Assembly: GCA_951406725.2 (NCBI GenBank)
Contig: OX597818.1
Coordinates: forward strand, 13,020,001 to 13,084,000
Source of the DNA: Octopus vulgaris
Taxonomy: Eukaryota
Length of the DNA: 64,000 nucleotides
Reading direction: 5' to 3'
Below, piece by piece: positions 1-11,890 of this stretch. Every line of letters begins with the position of its first letter. The stretch's first letter is position 1. Position numbers and translations under genes: made by a program. The notes below the pieces were generated by a model. The model was not told where the DNA came from, did not search any database, and saw only the letters and a program-made list of their open reading frames with translations.

Positions 1-1061
1 TTTCCATTATACACAGGTGCTGAAGTTAGTATTTTCCAGTTTAATCTAAAATCTAAGTTCTTACTTTTAAGTTCCCAAATGTATGCACTTAGCCCTGTAG
101 AGTACATTCTATTTTTATTCCTAAAAGTATATCTGTGATAATTCCATCTTTGTTTTATGCTATTCATAGTTGCACCGATATACACCCTACTACTCAATTG
201 TGTATCTACAGTGCATTGGTAAACTACCTCCTTCCTGAGGCATTGATTACCAAATACACATTTATTTTTATTTCTGCAATTACAAAGATTAACAGAATGA
301 GGAAATCTAAGATTGGACACCACCCCTATACTACTATTCATATTATAAGTGTTACAATTGTTATCATCATCCAAACCCAAAATCAACGAATGAGTTAATT
401 TCACATTATCGGCTATATTTCTATCACTAGTACTAGTATTGGTTGTAGTAGTATGATCTATTACATTTATATTATCTCTGACAGGTATGGTGCACTCATT
501 ATTAGTAAGGAGGTTGTTCCCATTTGTTCCAAGAAAATTTCTATTCCTATTATTAATGAAGAGGGGCAAGTTATCCTGGTCTAAATTCAATTTTCTATCC
601 TTATAGAAGTGATCCAGTTTCTTGTTATTAAAAGAGGAGATAATGGTGGCTAGATTATGAGTAATGCTATATCCCACTCTAACAGTACCGTTGTTAATTA
701 AAGGACTAAATTTATTCCTATCCTTACCAAAATGCCTAAAAATAACATTATGCAAAGCTCTCACTATGTTTGTTTTAATCTGCATTGCATACGGGATAAT
801 CAACCAAAGAGTATCCTTATCAGAATTAGGATTGCCTATAGAATTAATGTTATTTGTGAAAATCCTATTCGTAGACCAACTCATAGGATTACTATTCTTA
901 CCACTGTTATTATTATATCTATCTATATCAATATTACCATGGTTATTGCGCAAGTAAACTTTACCATTATCATGTCTACCATAAGTTTTAATTCGTATAT
1001 TATTATTAATATTACTACTATTACCCGTATGCTTAGATCTATTTGAGCTACCGTTCACCTT
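1..1061 (-). pseudogene. Naiad PLE linker + GIY-YIG endonuclease (open frame, missed by the ORF track because it has no stop inside the window)
   Basis: Manual translation is open from about 1061 to 1: ...LWLIIPYAMQIKTNI...GYSITHNLATIISSFNNKKL...CNCR..C..C..VVY..YIG..R..H. Confidence 0.88.
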
Positions 1062-1324
1062 TCAAGGTTAACGTCACTTCCACATTTATTATAGGTGTTA
1101 TCATATATTCTATTTTTACTATTCTTATGTATATTGTTGATTATCCTAAATCTATTTGTGTTGTTCCTGATAGTTCTACCTCCATTAGGGGTTCCCCTTA
1201 GGTATAAACCAAATCTTACTTTTATATCCTGCCTTAAGTAATGCTGTATTGTATCTATCACAGTGTTTGTTAAAAATTTCCTCGTTTGAGGATAAACTAG
1301 AAATTCTCTGACTAATGCTACGCA

Positions 1325-2362
1325 CTAGTGCATTTTTAATTTGGGGGGGTGATTACTAGAACGGTTAATGTATATTAGGTTAGAATTAGGTTTAATATAG
1401 GGTTCATGTAAACCATTAGTAATGTTACAATTAACATCTAAATAATTAGCAGAATAATTTTCACTTTCAATGATAATGGATAGGCCGAAGCTTTTAAAAA
1501 ATTTATTTATTCTTTTTTTCAGAAGATCTAATCTCCTATTTGATGTATTCCTAACACAAAATAAGGCGTCATCCCTGTATAATCCACCTTTTAATTCAGG
1601 GAATTCCCTACTAAAGTTATCTAATAGATACATCCCAACTAGATCAGTCACCTCCGCTGAGTCCGGCGATCCCATTGTGATATCGAACAAGTTGGGTGTG
1701 TCCTTTCTAGCCCAAAGTTTATTATCAAACTCTATTAAAGTTTTCCTGGCTGTTAGTATAACCTTAATCTCCCCCATACTTAGTTTAGTGTGTTTTCTAG
1801 CAAAAATTAAGGACTTATTTAATATAATAGGGTTAATTGAAGTGTAATAATTCTGTATATCGAATTGTATAAATTTATTTCTATTATAGCTAAAGTTGTT
1901 ACTGTCACAGACCTTAATGGTAGAAAACCAATCCAAAGCACCCTGAGTATTCTTCCAAAGGTTTAGTTTGATTTTATTGCGGATGGTGGGTAGATATTTA
2001 TCTAGAATGAGTTTACTTAGTCTGCCTAAGTCAGATTTAGTGGGGCAAATTAATCTGACCTGTGTGTTTCCAAGAAAATTCTCTTTATGATCCTTTAGTG
2101 TAATTCTCGGTCTGGATGGGGTGTAGGGTTCCGTTTTTTCTTCTAGGTAGTAGTCAAATATGATTTCTCTGATCTCCAGGTTCAGTTTTCTAAGTGTACT
2201 AGAAGGTACTACTTTGTATTTCTTGGTTATTTCCTTGTGTAGAAGATCATGATATGCAGTAATGTCCATGTTGTAGATGTTGTTGGTTTTGTCAGAATGT
2301 GTTAGAATGCCGCTCTTACCTTTGAGAGTTCTAATTAAGTCTTTCAATTCTCTTTGGTACGG
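1325..2362 (-). pseudogene. Naiad PLE reverse transcriptase domain
   Basis: ORF track 1325..2428. Its first ~21 aa are a translated TA microsatellite; the RT motifs include YRDD. Confidence 0.9.
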
Positions 2363-2363
2363 G

Positions 2364-2395
<32 letters not shown>

Positions 2396-3047
2396 ATATA
2401 TATACATTATGTATATACATACATACATTTGTTTATATACTCAATGTCCACATATAGTAAGAGAATATTTAGATCATATTTACCTCTAACTATTATGTTA
2501 GAAATGTACGGTCGATATTTATAACGTACAAACATACGGTGTGGTATTTATCTGCAACCCTTTTTTCAGTTCAAATAAGATATATTTGATTTTGTTTTAT
2601 GCCACTGCGGTCAAATACAATAAATGCCAAAGAACAATGGACCTGGATGAATGGATTTTCCCCTAATATTATATGTCACCTTGTGCTGATATCAGATATT
2701 ATATGTGCACCAGTTTGTTCAAGTAGCATTTACATTTGGCATTTGACATTAGGAGCAACCAAAAATATCAAGACAAAGTGAATTGTATATACAAAGAGAA
2801 CAAAGACCTTTACTAATAGTGCAAATAATAAAACAAACAATATTCTCGTGTTCAGGAATTATGTTCAAAAACTTATGATAACAAAAGAAGATTTTGGCTT
2901 AGGCGTAATTCCATCAAACAAAATGCACTTTTAAAAGAATTAGAGGAAAGCTTGCCTTCTGAGAGTAGTGTTCACAAAATTAGAAGGATCAAATAACCAG
3001 AAACCATAGAAAGATATTGATATGACATACAAGCATGCACATATACA

Positions 3048-3070
3048 TCTCTCTCTCTCTCTCTCTCTCT

Positions 3071-3141
<71 letters not shown>

Positions 3142-3146
3142 TATAT
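3048..3146. repeat. Self-complementary compound microsatellite (CT)n(TA)n(AG)n
   Basis: Seen directly in sequence. Confidence 0.95.
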
Positions 3147-3654
3147 AACAATCATAAAGAAATATACAAATCATCATGAATTAAATTCCACTGAATAAAC
3201 TGAAATAACACTGAATATAGTAAAATATAGAATTGCGTCTTTAAAATCACAAAGCTTTATAGAACCACAATATCAGTAGACAATTGGAGAGTATTATTAA
3301 TCTAACAATAATATCTTTTACTGTAAAAAATGTATTAGACACCCATGTTATTACACAACGGCATTGTGCAACTTTTCATGGTTCGTACTATTTGAAAATC
3401 TGAACGCTTGGCAAAAATTTACATGCGTAACAAAGATTAGCGTATGTGCACATGTTTATAGGAAACGTAATATGAAACAAAACAGTCTAGACACAGACTG
3501 ATCACATATTTAAAACAATCTACAACACTAAGAAAATATGCGCACTACAATGAAAAATGTTACTACAGAATCATTCACATAATATAAGCGTCCATGAAGA
3601 AACTGTTTTACATGAACGGAAACACATATGGTGAATGAGCTCGCAAAACAATAA

Positions 3655-4042
3655 ATATTCTTTTCTACTCTAGGTACAAAATTTGAGAGAGAGGGCCAAC
3701 CGATCAGATCGACTCCAGTGCGCAACGGGTACTTAACTCATCGACCCCGAAAGGATGAAAGGCAAAGTCGACCTTGTCGGAATTTGAACTCAGTAAAGTG
3801 AGATGAAATACCACTAAGCATTTCGCCCGGCGTGCAAACGTTTCTTATTTCTTTACTGCCCACAAGGGGTTAAATTAAGAGGGAACAAATAATGACAGAC
3901 AAAGGGGTTAAGTCGATTAAATCGACTCCAGTGCGTAATTGGTACTTAATTTATCGGCCCTGAAAGGATGAAATGCAAAGTCAACCTCGGCGGGATTTGA
4001 AATAGAACGTAAGTGCAAACGTTTCTGCCAGCTCGCCGCCTT
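3655..4042 (-). mobile_element. Two tandem copies of tRNA-derived SINE family A (Nin/Deu-like central domain)
   Basis: Reverse complement of the GAGTTCAAATTCC B-box and GCCTTTCATCCTTTCGGGGTCGATAAATTAAGTACCAG; homologous to the 57328 copy. Confidence 0.85.
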
Positions 4043-4414
4043 GAGCAAAACAAATCAGTAAATATTATCGATGAAATTACCTCTCGCAGAAAATAGAACA
4101 AATCTAAACAACAAAACAAATCAGTAAAAATCATATATTTTCAAGAACGAAAAGTTAGGATGTCGACCACAATAGTTTCTATGGAAACAAATATTTAGCC
4201 ACACTGGAGACACAAAACAATCGTTCAAATGCTGTAAAAAAATAGCTGTTGCCATAGACGTGATTCCAAATATCAGGAGCATAAACGGTGTTGTATAACT
4301 CTAGAAGACTGGGTAATATCAAGAGAACTCAGGCTCAGTCGAAATAGATAAAAACAATCAAAATAAAATGCGTAGCATTATTTATTATCAATGATTCAAT
4401 GTAATGAGATGAAC

Positions 4415-4620
4415 TATCCAAATCGTCAGCACTCCGGGAAAATTCTTAGTGGCATGTCATCTAATTTTACGCTCTGATTTCAAATTCTGCCATGGTCGAA
4501 TATAAGTTACAACGGTTTCAGTGGGGTTCATAGAATACGTAATTACCAGCTGAGCACTGTGTTCAATGTAATCGATTTACTCCGTAATTTCTGGCCTGAA
4601 GCTAAATTTTGAAATCATTA
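4415..4620 (+). mobile_element. Degenerate SINE family A
   Basis: ctctgatttcaaattctgcc, taccagctgagcactg, gtaatcgatt. Confidence 0.65.
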
Positions 4621-5045
4621 TTTGCAGGTTAAATGTATTAATTCATTATAGATGGAATACTCTTAAATTGAAATTTCATGCTCAACTCTCTTTTCATCAA
4701 TTTCCCTTTAATAAATACAATATGTCTATTTATTATAGGTCGTTGTAAATGTACAAACATTAACAGCGTCTTAAAATTCTGTTCATAATTTTACTAAATA
4801 TTTACTTATTCACTTAATTTAGGTATTAAACAAATCCTCCATATACATTGCATTGGTTTTATATTTTGTTGTACTTTATAGGAGCTATATTCCCTAATAT
4901 GGAGACGAACATTTTTGTCAGAATATGTTACATATCCCTTAAAGTATTGAAAGAATATTGTAAAGTTTGTGTAATTTCATTAGAGTTTTCTAAGGTGATT
5001 TTGGTATATGTCAGGTCTATGTGTTACATTATTAATCAGAATATA

Positions 5046-5240
5046 AGGTGGCGAACTGGATGGACAAAGTACTTAGCGGCATTTCATCCTTCTTTAGGTT
5101 CTGAGTTTCAATTCTCCTGAGGCCAACTTTGCCTTTCATCCTCTTTGGTTCGATGAAGTAAGCAACAGTTGCAATCTGAGATTGATGCAAATGACTTACT
5201 TCCGCCTCCCAAATTACAAGCCTATATTAGAAAAGATTAT
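5046..5240 (+). mobile_element. SINE family A
   Basis: ttctgagtttcaattc...tttgcctttcatcctctttggttcgatgaa. Confidence 0.75.
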
Positions 5241-5246
5241 TAATAA

Positions 5247-7192
5247 CACTGGCCAAGAAATTCTAACTTTCTTTCCGATGACCTAAGGTTGACACCTGTT
5301 TTAGAGTAATTTGTGGTCTTTGAGTTTCAAAAAGTGCAATAGGTTTTTGCTATAGGATTTTTCTATGGGCTGGCCAATATTGGCCCCATCCACAGCTATA
5401 TGATTTGAATGTTTGAATTACCCCCACTCTTTTTTGTTATATATGTGGGTATTTTACTGTACCAAGTCGAGGAAGGAACGTTAAGGACATTGTGAAAATA
5501 TCCTACTTGGCTTACTTAAAGATTAAATTTGGTCATCACGATAAATCATGGGCCCGCACAATATATGTAAACCCTATATCAAAACTCTACGCCAACGGAC
5601 AAAGGGAACAAGGAAACAAATAACATTTGTCATTCCTATGATATTGTGGGAGCCAAAGAATCATGTAAACGATTGCTACTTGTGACTCACAAAGACTTCT
5701 TCTTATAGCAATAGAACATGGCAAGAAATAAGTTACCCAAATCTGGATTCAGCAATTCATCCAGTGTTTCACTCGGATGAAACGAAGTAGATATAAATCA
5801 TGAACATGACAGTGATATATAGACGTTGTAGGAACATCAACCATAGCACATGAAAACTTAACCAGGCAGAACCTTGTGGTTTAGTTAGAAATCTAGGACT
5901 GTCGAAAGAGTTATCAGAACTGTTAGCTTTTAGGCTTACAGAGAAGAATCTGTTGCAGAAAGAAACAAACGTGACTTTGTTTTTACCAGAACAAAGAAGA
6001 AAATCTCTTTGCATTCTTTAGAACGGAAAAGATTGTGTTTACTGTTGTGACGTGGTGGGAGTGTTAAACATGATGAGTATTGAACAGTATGATCCTAGTA
6101 AATGGAGACTCGTTATTGATAGTTCAAATAAGATTCTAAAATGTGTATTACTCTATAATGAAACTTGTTTGGTGCGCTTCCTATTGGTCAGACTGTGCAC
6201 TTAAAACAGAATTATGATCACATAAAAGTTGTACTAGACTTACTTATGTAGGATGAACACAAATGGTTCATATATGTGGACCTAAAAATGGCCAAATTTT
6301 TATTTGGCCAACAAGAAGAGAATACAAAATATTTGTGTTTCCTGTGTTTGTGGGATAGCCAAGCGAAAGACAAACATTGGGAACAGAAACTCTGACCTGT
6401 CAAAAAAGGTTTGACCGTTGTGGAGAAAAATATCATTGACAACCACTTGTTGCACGAGAGAAAATCATATTTCCACCCCTTCATATTAGACTAGAACTTA
6501 TGAAATAATTTGTCAAAGTTCTTAATGTTGAAGGTAACTTTCAAATTCATATGTAGAAGATTTCCTCTCCTAAGTTATGATAAAATAACGGCTGATGTTT
6601 TTGATGGGCCACAAATCAGATAGTTAACGAAATGCCAGAATTTCTCGAGATTGATGGCTGACAGAGAAAAAAGAACATGGGATTCATTTGTAACTGTTGT
6701 GATAGGACTTTGTGGGGAGTAAAGAGGCTGCAAACTCCAAGGATTTGGTGGAGACATTACTGGATAGGTTTCGTATTTCAGGTTGCAACATGAGCATAAA
6801 GCTTCATGTCCTCAATAGCTATCTCGATGAATTTCCTGCAAGTCTCGGAAACGTGAACGATGAACATGGAGAGTGTCCTCATAAAACAGTCAAGATTACG
6901 GAGGAGAGACATCCAGGCCAACGGAACACACACATGACAGCAGACCACTGTTGAAGTATTCAAAGAAACTGTGTAGACATAAAATTCTCTACATGCTCTC
7001 GCAAGCGAAAATTTGATTCGTGAATATGAAGGTGTATGTATGATAGTGTGTGCTTTCTCCATCACATTAGAAATTAACAGTTTGTATTTAGTAAAATATG
7101 ATGTTATCTTATATTTCATATTCTATTGACGTTTATAACTTAAGGTTTTAGGCGGTAAGACTTAGTAAAGTATCCTGACCAAGAATACAGTG
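5247..7192 (+). mobile_element. Chapaev3-like (CMC superfamily) DNA transposon, degenerate transposase at about 5400-6960
   Basis: Fragments FCYICG, HDKSWA, IPMI.WEPKNHVNDCY, KWRLVIDSS, VDLKMAKFLFGQQEENTKYLCFLCLWDS, VFDGPQIR, GCNMSIKLHVLNSYLDEFPASLGNVNDEHGE..MTADHC. 5' end CACTGG at 5247; the 3' CAGTG at 7188 is tentative. Confidence 0.78.
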
Positions 7193-8403
7193 CGAATATG
7201 AGAGTTAAGTGAGTTAAATCGAAAAAAAAATTACAAAACGTATCGTATAACAGGCTGTGAAAAAGGAAAGATCGAGAACGCCTGTTGCAGAAAACGGTAT
7301 TAAAATAAATAATCGATATTCTACATTAAAATAAACTTTAAAACTACAACAATCGAACCTTATCAAAATTCTGAGGAAATTTGAAGTAAATCTCATAAAA
7401 GAAATTCAGCACATTCAAAAAGGGCCAACAATTAGAATGGTGATGGATAACATATATCATATCACCACGCGCATAAAACAGTAATTTTTAAAAGAAACTT
7501 AAATAATTTGGCAGCTGCTTTCAGCGAAATATTCTATGAACTTCCATTCCACCATCTTCAACACTACAGGAATGGCCTATATTTTTTTCTAAATATCATA
7601 ATATTATAAGTGAATCTGTAGCAAAATAATGAAAGTTTTTTGTTAAACTGAGCGAATTAAAATCTTGATTGGTTGACTGAGAGGAAGTAAAGAACAGTTG
7701 TCCTTAACATCAGAGATCTTAACTGTACGCTAATTGCTTCTTTCAGTTCAGCAAATTTCTCTTGTTTAAATATCATAATGTAGATAAGCAGATGTGGCGG
7801 AAAAAGCGGTACACAATAGTGAAATGCGCAATATTTAAAGACAACAGACTGAGAAAATATTGTAAACTCATACAACAGATACAAACACTGCATTTGATAG
7901 CAAGTATACAAAGCACATGGATATTGCAGACACTTCGTATAAAATCACATCAATATTTAAGTGGCATATACCTAGACATATTATATCGACACTGTAAAAT
8001 ATCATATCGCTGACAGAAAAAAAGAAAACTATTTGTCTATTTATAAAAGAGAAATTTTTCAATCAGACACTTCTCTCTAATCGCATTCCATTTACAAATT
8101 GGATAATAAAATCATGAATACTTATAAACAACGAAATTTAAGTATTTCTAAAGGTCTGCTTTTTGTGGGTTATCTAAATACATTCGTTAGGCGCAGAAAC
8201 TATGATTAAAAAATGCAGACAATTTTCGTTGCGGCATCAATGGTTACAGTGGTTAAATTAATATGCTGCAGTTAGTAAAAGGTAAAAGCCTGAATTATAT
8301 TTGAAAATTGAATCAATAATTAGTACAGATTCATCCGCACTAAAAAATAAGCATTAACAAAAATGATGAAATTAAGGACAAATTAAAAGCTACACTTCAT
8401 GAT

Positions 8404-8513
8404 TAGAACATGACAAGAAATAAGTTACCCAAATCTGGATTCAGCAATTCATCCAGTGTTTCACTCGGATGAAACGAAGTAGATATAAATCATGAACATG
8501 ACAGTGATATATA
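8404..8513 (+). repeat. 110-bp near-exact copy of 5712-5821
   Basis: One mismatch by eye (catgGcaag vs catgAcaag). Confidence 0.95.
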
Positions 8514-8529
8514 TATTTCCACTCATAAA

Positions 8530-9476
8530 AACAACAAAATGAACGAACTTATTCCTATGGAATACAGACCGAAAATTTTGAATTTTACTAGAACTCGCAT
8601 TGCCGTGGGAAGAAGGAATATCTAATGCGGAGCAACGGAAGGAGAGTAGGTGTGAGAATTAATTAAAGAGTGCAGGGAACAAGGGTGGACTGTCGAGGAT
8701 TACCACATGGCAGTGGGTCTAGAGGCTTCATTGAAAGGAAAATGGCGACGTTAATTAAACGAAGATTTGCCTTTTCGAGCAGAGAACAGAGAAAAGTAAT
8801 AAGCAGGATTGAGGAGGCAGTCGACAAGGCCAGCTTGTTTGTATGTTTGAAATGAAAAGTCACGAAATGGCTCGAAAGACATAATATGCTGATTGAAAAA
8901 TAGCGTCGCCAGGTAAGGCTGGCTGGCACTTAGGCAACGAGTGAAACATCTCGTTCATTGCGCGCCCTCCGCCCCGATAGTTCAAAGGCTTGTACCATGA
9001 GGCAGCAATCGCCTCTGCCTACTGGAGGTGAAACTCACACGATGCTATTGGAATGTCTAGAGAGGGCGCCGGCGAAAACTACGCGCCCTTCCCCTCCACT
9101 GGTCAGTAGACTGCGCCAAAGGGCGACAGTTAGTAGACGCAGAGTATTGAAGCTTAGATTGTGTCACATGACAGTTAACTGTCGCTAGCTGCTGGAGCAG
9201 TTTAAAGGGAAATTCAGCAAGTGAGTAATTCACATTCGTTCACGCACGTGGACGAGTCAACCAAAGAACAAAAAATACGCTCTGAACACCAGAGCTGAAG
9301 ACACTTCCGATAGGGGGTGGCGATGACGCGTCGGAAATAGTAGAGGCGTAGGTTCCGAAACCGGACGTGGTTCCTCTTCATGATGTCCTTAGCTACTGGA
9401 TCCTACAAAAGAGTTGTTGAGTTAGCGAACCATGAAACGTGGATGGAATTCCTCATTCAAAACGGATGTAGATGAG
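8530..9476 (+). mobile_element. 3' fragment of an RLE-type (HERO/NeSL-like) non-LTR retrotransposon with a long GC-rich 3' region
   Basis: LLELALPWEEGISNAEQRK, GWTVE, VGSRGFI, EAVDKASLFV match the RLE-domain C-terminus. Confidence 0.72.
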
Positions 9477-9562
9477 TACCAACTTTCACATGTTGTACGC
9501 TTCAACAATCGTAAATATCACGGTGCATGAAACTATTGGTAGCCTTGATAAAGAACAAATAC

Positions 9563-9830
<268 letters not shown>

Positions 9831-10333
9831 AGTATATATATACTTCAACGTCAGTAAAAGTGGTCAAGGGTCCAGCGAGCACCGGAGTCTTATTTCTATC
9901 AATGCTGGTGCTCACTGCACCCTTGGTCACCTTAAGTAATGGTGAAATATTTCCCTTTTGGTTTTAAATAGCATTCAACCACCTTAATTCATCTGTTCTA
10001 TGCAAATCAATTTACTTATATATGAAAGATGCCTCCACCTTTCACACACACGCGCACACACACGCGGACACAAATATATATATATATAACATATAATATA
10101 ATTAAGATTCAGTTGAATTAGGTACTTAAATTTAGGCACCTTGCCAGTTCGCTATAATCTGCACTTCCCAAAATTATTATTTGAATATTGAATATCAAGA
10201 CTCCGTGTAGGTGGATTTGTACCCAATATTCCTGTCATGCGTGTAGAAAACGCAGCACACCTAAGTGAAGATATCCGCTATTGGTAGTTCATGCACGTAC
10301 TTTTTACAGAGTTATTTTCTATAGTATTTTGAG

Positions 10334-10582
10334 GTGTAGGTGTCATTTCATTGAGGTATTTTCAAGCGGCTCCATTTAATTGATTTATTCTGCCACATTT
10401 ATAACAAAATTGAAGAATGCAAATATTTTGGTTTCCATTATTGATGTAAATTTGTTATAAAATGTTTTTTCCTTTCTATACGTTCATCTGGCGACAATGG
10501 TTTCTTTCAAATTGGTGAAATATTTTCATTAATCAATTAAATGGAGCCGCTTGAAACTGACTTAATGAATTGACACCTGTAC
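10334..10582. repeat. ~50-bp inverted repeat with a nested inner inverted repeat
   Basis: tttcaagcggctccatttaattgatt / aatcaattaaatggagccgcttgaaa. Confidence 0.9.
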
Positions 10583-10624
10583 AACTTTGTTACCACAATC
10601 TTATATATATATATATAAATGGTA

Positions 10625-10955
10625 AAGAGTGAAAAAACTACAGACGGCTTGTTTTAAAAGGTTAAAGAATATATTTAAGTCGTTATGTTAGAAAAATGTT
10701 ATAAAATTTTGTTCATATTAACATGGTTTTTGGAGAAATAACCGGTTTCGTGTACATTTTTCAAATTTCTCAAATTTCTTTACCTACATCGTGTCAGGTA
10801 AAGAAATTTGAGAAATTTGAAAAGTTTACAGGAAACCAGTTATTTCTCCGAAAACTATGTTACTATACACAATATTTTATAACATTTTTTTAACATAACA
10901 ACTTAAATATATCCTTTAACTTTATAAAACAAGCCTTCTGTAGTTTTTCACTCTT
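10625..10955. repeat. Fold-back palindrome, ~160-bp arms, 10-nt loop (10786-10795), between TA tracts
   Basis: caaatttctcaaatttctttacct-acatcgtgtc-aggtaaagaaatttgagaaatttg and outward. Confidence 0.95.
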
Positions 10956-11004
10956 TTCTATTTTTATTCATCCTTCCACGTGCTTTCACACACCAACCTT
11001 CTCA

Positions 11005-11050
<46 letters not shown>

Positions 11051-11053
<3 letters not shown>

Positions 11054-11890
11054 GAAGGGATACCCAAATTAATCGGAAACGTACGTTCTCTGTGGGATAA
11101 GCTCGTTGTAATTCAGGGTTCTGTAGCAAGAAGCGACTTGATGTGACCTTAAGGCATGAGTTTGCTGACTGGCGTCTTCGTGTGTATTCGAACAGCCACG
11201 TGCTGCGTATTTGTTTGCAGTGCTTCTGTACCTGCGCATCGATTTTTGCGACGGCTGAATGGAAAAAACAGCGTGTTCTGTGAAAGTCTGTTTTCTGCTG
11301 GGACAACGGCGGCCGAAACAGTTGTCATCCTTTAAAGAACTTAGAATTTCACTGCCATGAGCAAAACACAAGGTTAGAAATGGCCCCGTGCCGCTTGAGG
11401 ATCAATCTCGCTCAGCGTGACTCTCCATCACCCGAACGATTAAAAACATCATGAAAATTCATGAACTGAACTTGGAGGGTGTTCACCGAAAATTGACGAA
11501 CTTGTTGATAAGCACGGTGTCACCTGGAACTCTTGCTAACCAATTTTTCGCGAGGGAATGCGAATCAAAAGAGTTACAGCAAAATTTGTGCCTCGCTTCC
11601 TCAAGGAAGATCAAAAGCAGCCATGACTTTTCTCGTAGGTCATCACGGCTGACGAAAGCTGGTGCTATGGAATTTGCAGATATGGAAGAGGTGAAGAAAA
11701 AACGACAGAGGCGTTAAAAGGTATCATTTTGCAAGAGTTTCAGCAGTACTTCGAACAGTGGGAAACGTGTCTGGTTTCATGCATGCTTCAAATGGTGAGT
11801 ACCTTGAAGACGATAAAAAGGTAAACATAGTAAACTAAGTGAAGAAAATAATTTTGCAAAATTCCGGTTTGTTTTGGGTACCTACTCGTA
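11051..11890 (+). mobile_element. Internally deleted mariner element
   Basis: TIRs TACGAAGGGATACCCAAA...TTTGGGTACCTACTCGTA; transposase remnants VKVCFLLG, AMSKTQ, ITADESWCY, FADMEEVKKK. Confidence 0.88.

Larger units (their letters stand above)
1..2362 (-). mobile_element. Penelope-like retroelement, Naiad clade (RT + C-terminal GIY-YIG), 5'-truncated at a (TA)n tract, runs off the window edge
   Basis: Minus-strand translation gives SDKTNNIY, ITLKDHKENF..VRLICP, FDIQNYY, FDITMGSPDSAEVTDLVGMYLL, GLYRDDAL, YLDV, YINRSSNHPP, RISSLSSNEEIFN, TVRVGYS, then CNCRNKNKCVFGNQC..VVYQC..VYIGAT..KQRW..H..TGLSAYIWELK..NWKIL. Three frameshifts at about 1345, 1192 and 1060. Confidence 0.92.

Noticed and set aside
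1-720. Selenoprotein-type Naiad (in-frame UGA plus SECIS)
   Set aside because: All visible conserved Cys codons are TGT/TGC, and the TGAs near 1055-1075 belong to a frameshift. The C-terminus and 3' UTR lie outside the window, so only the visible part is excluded.
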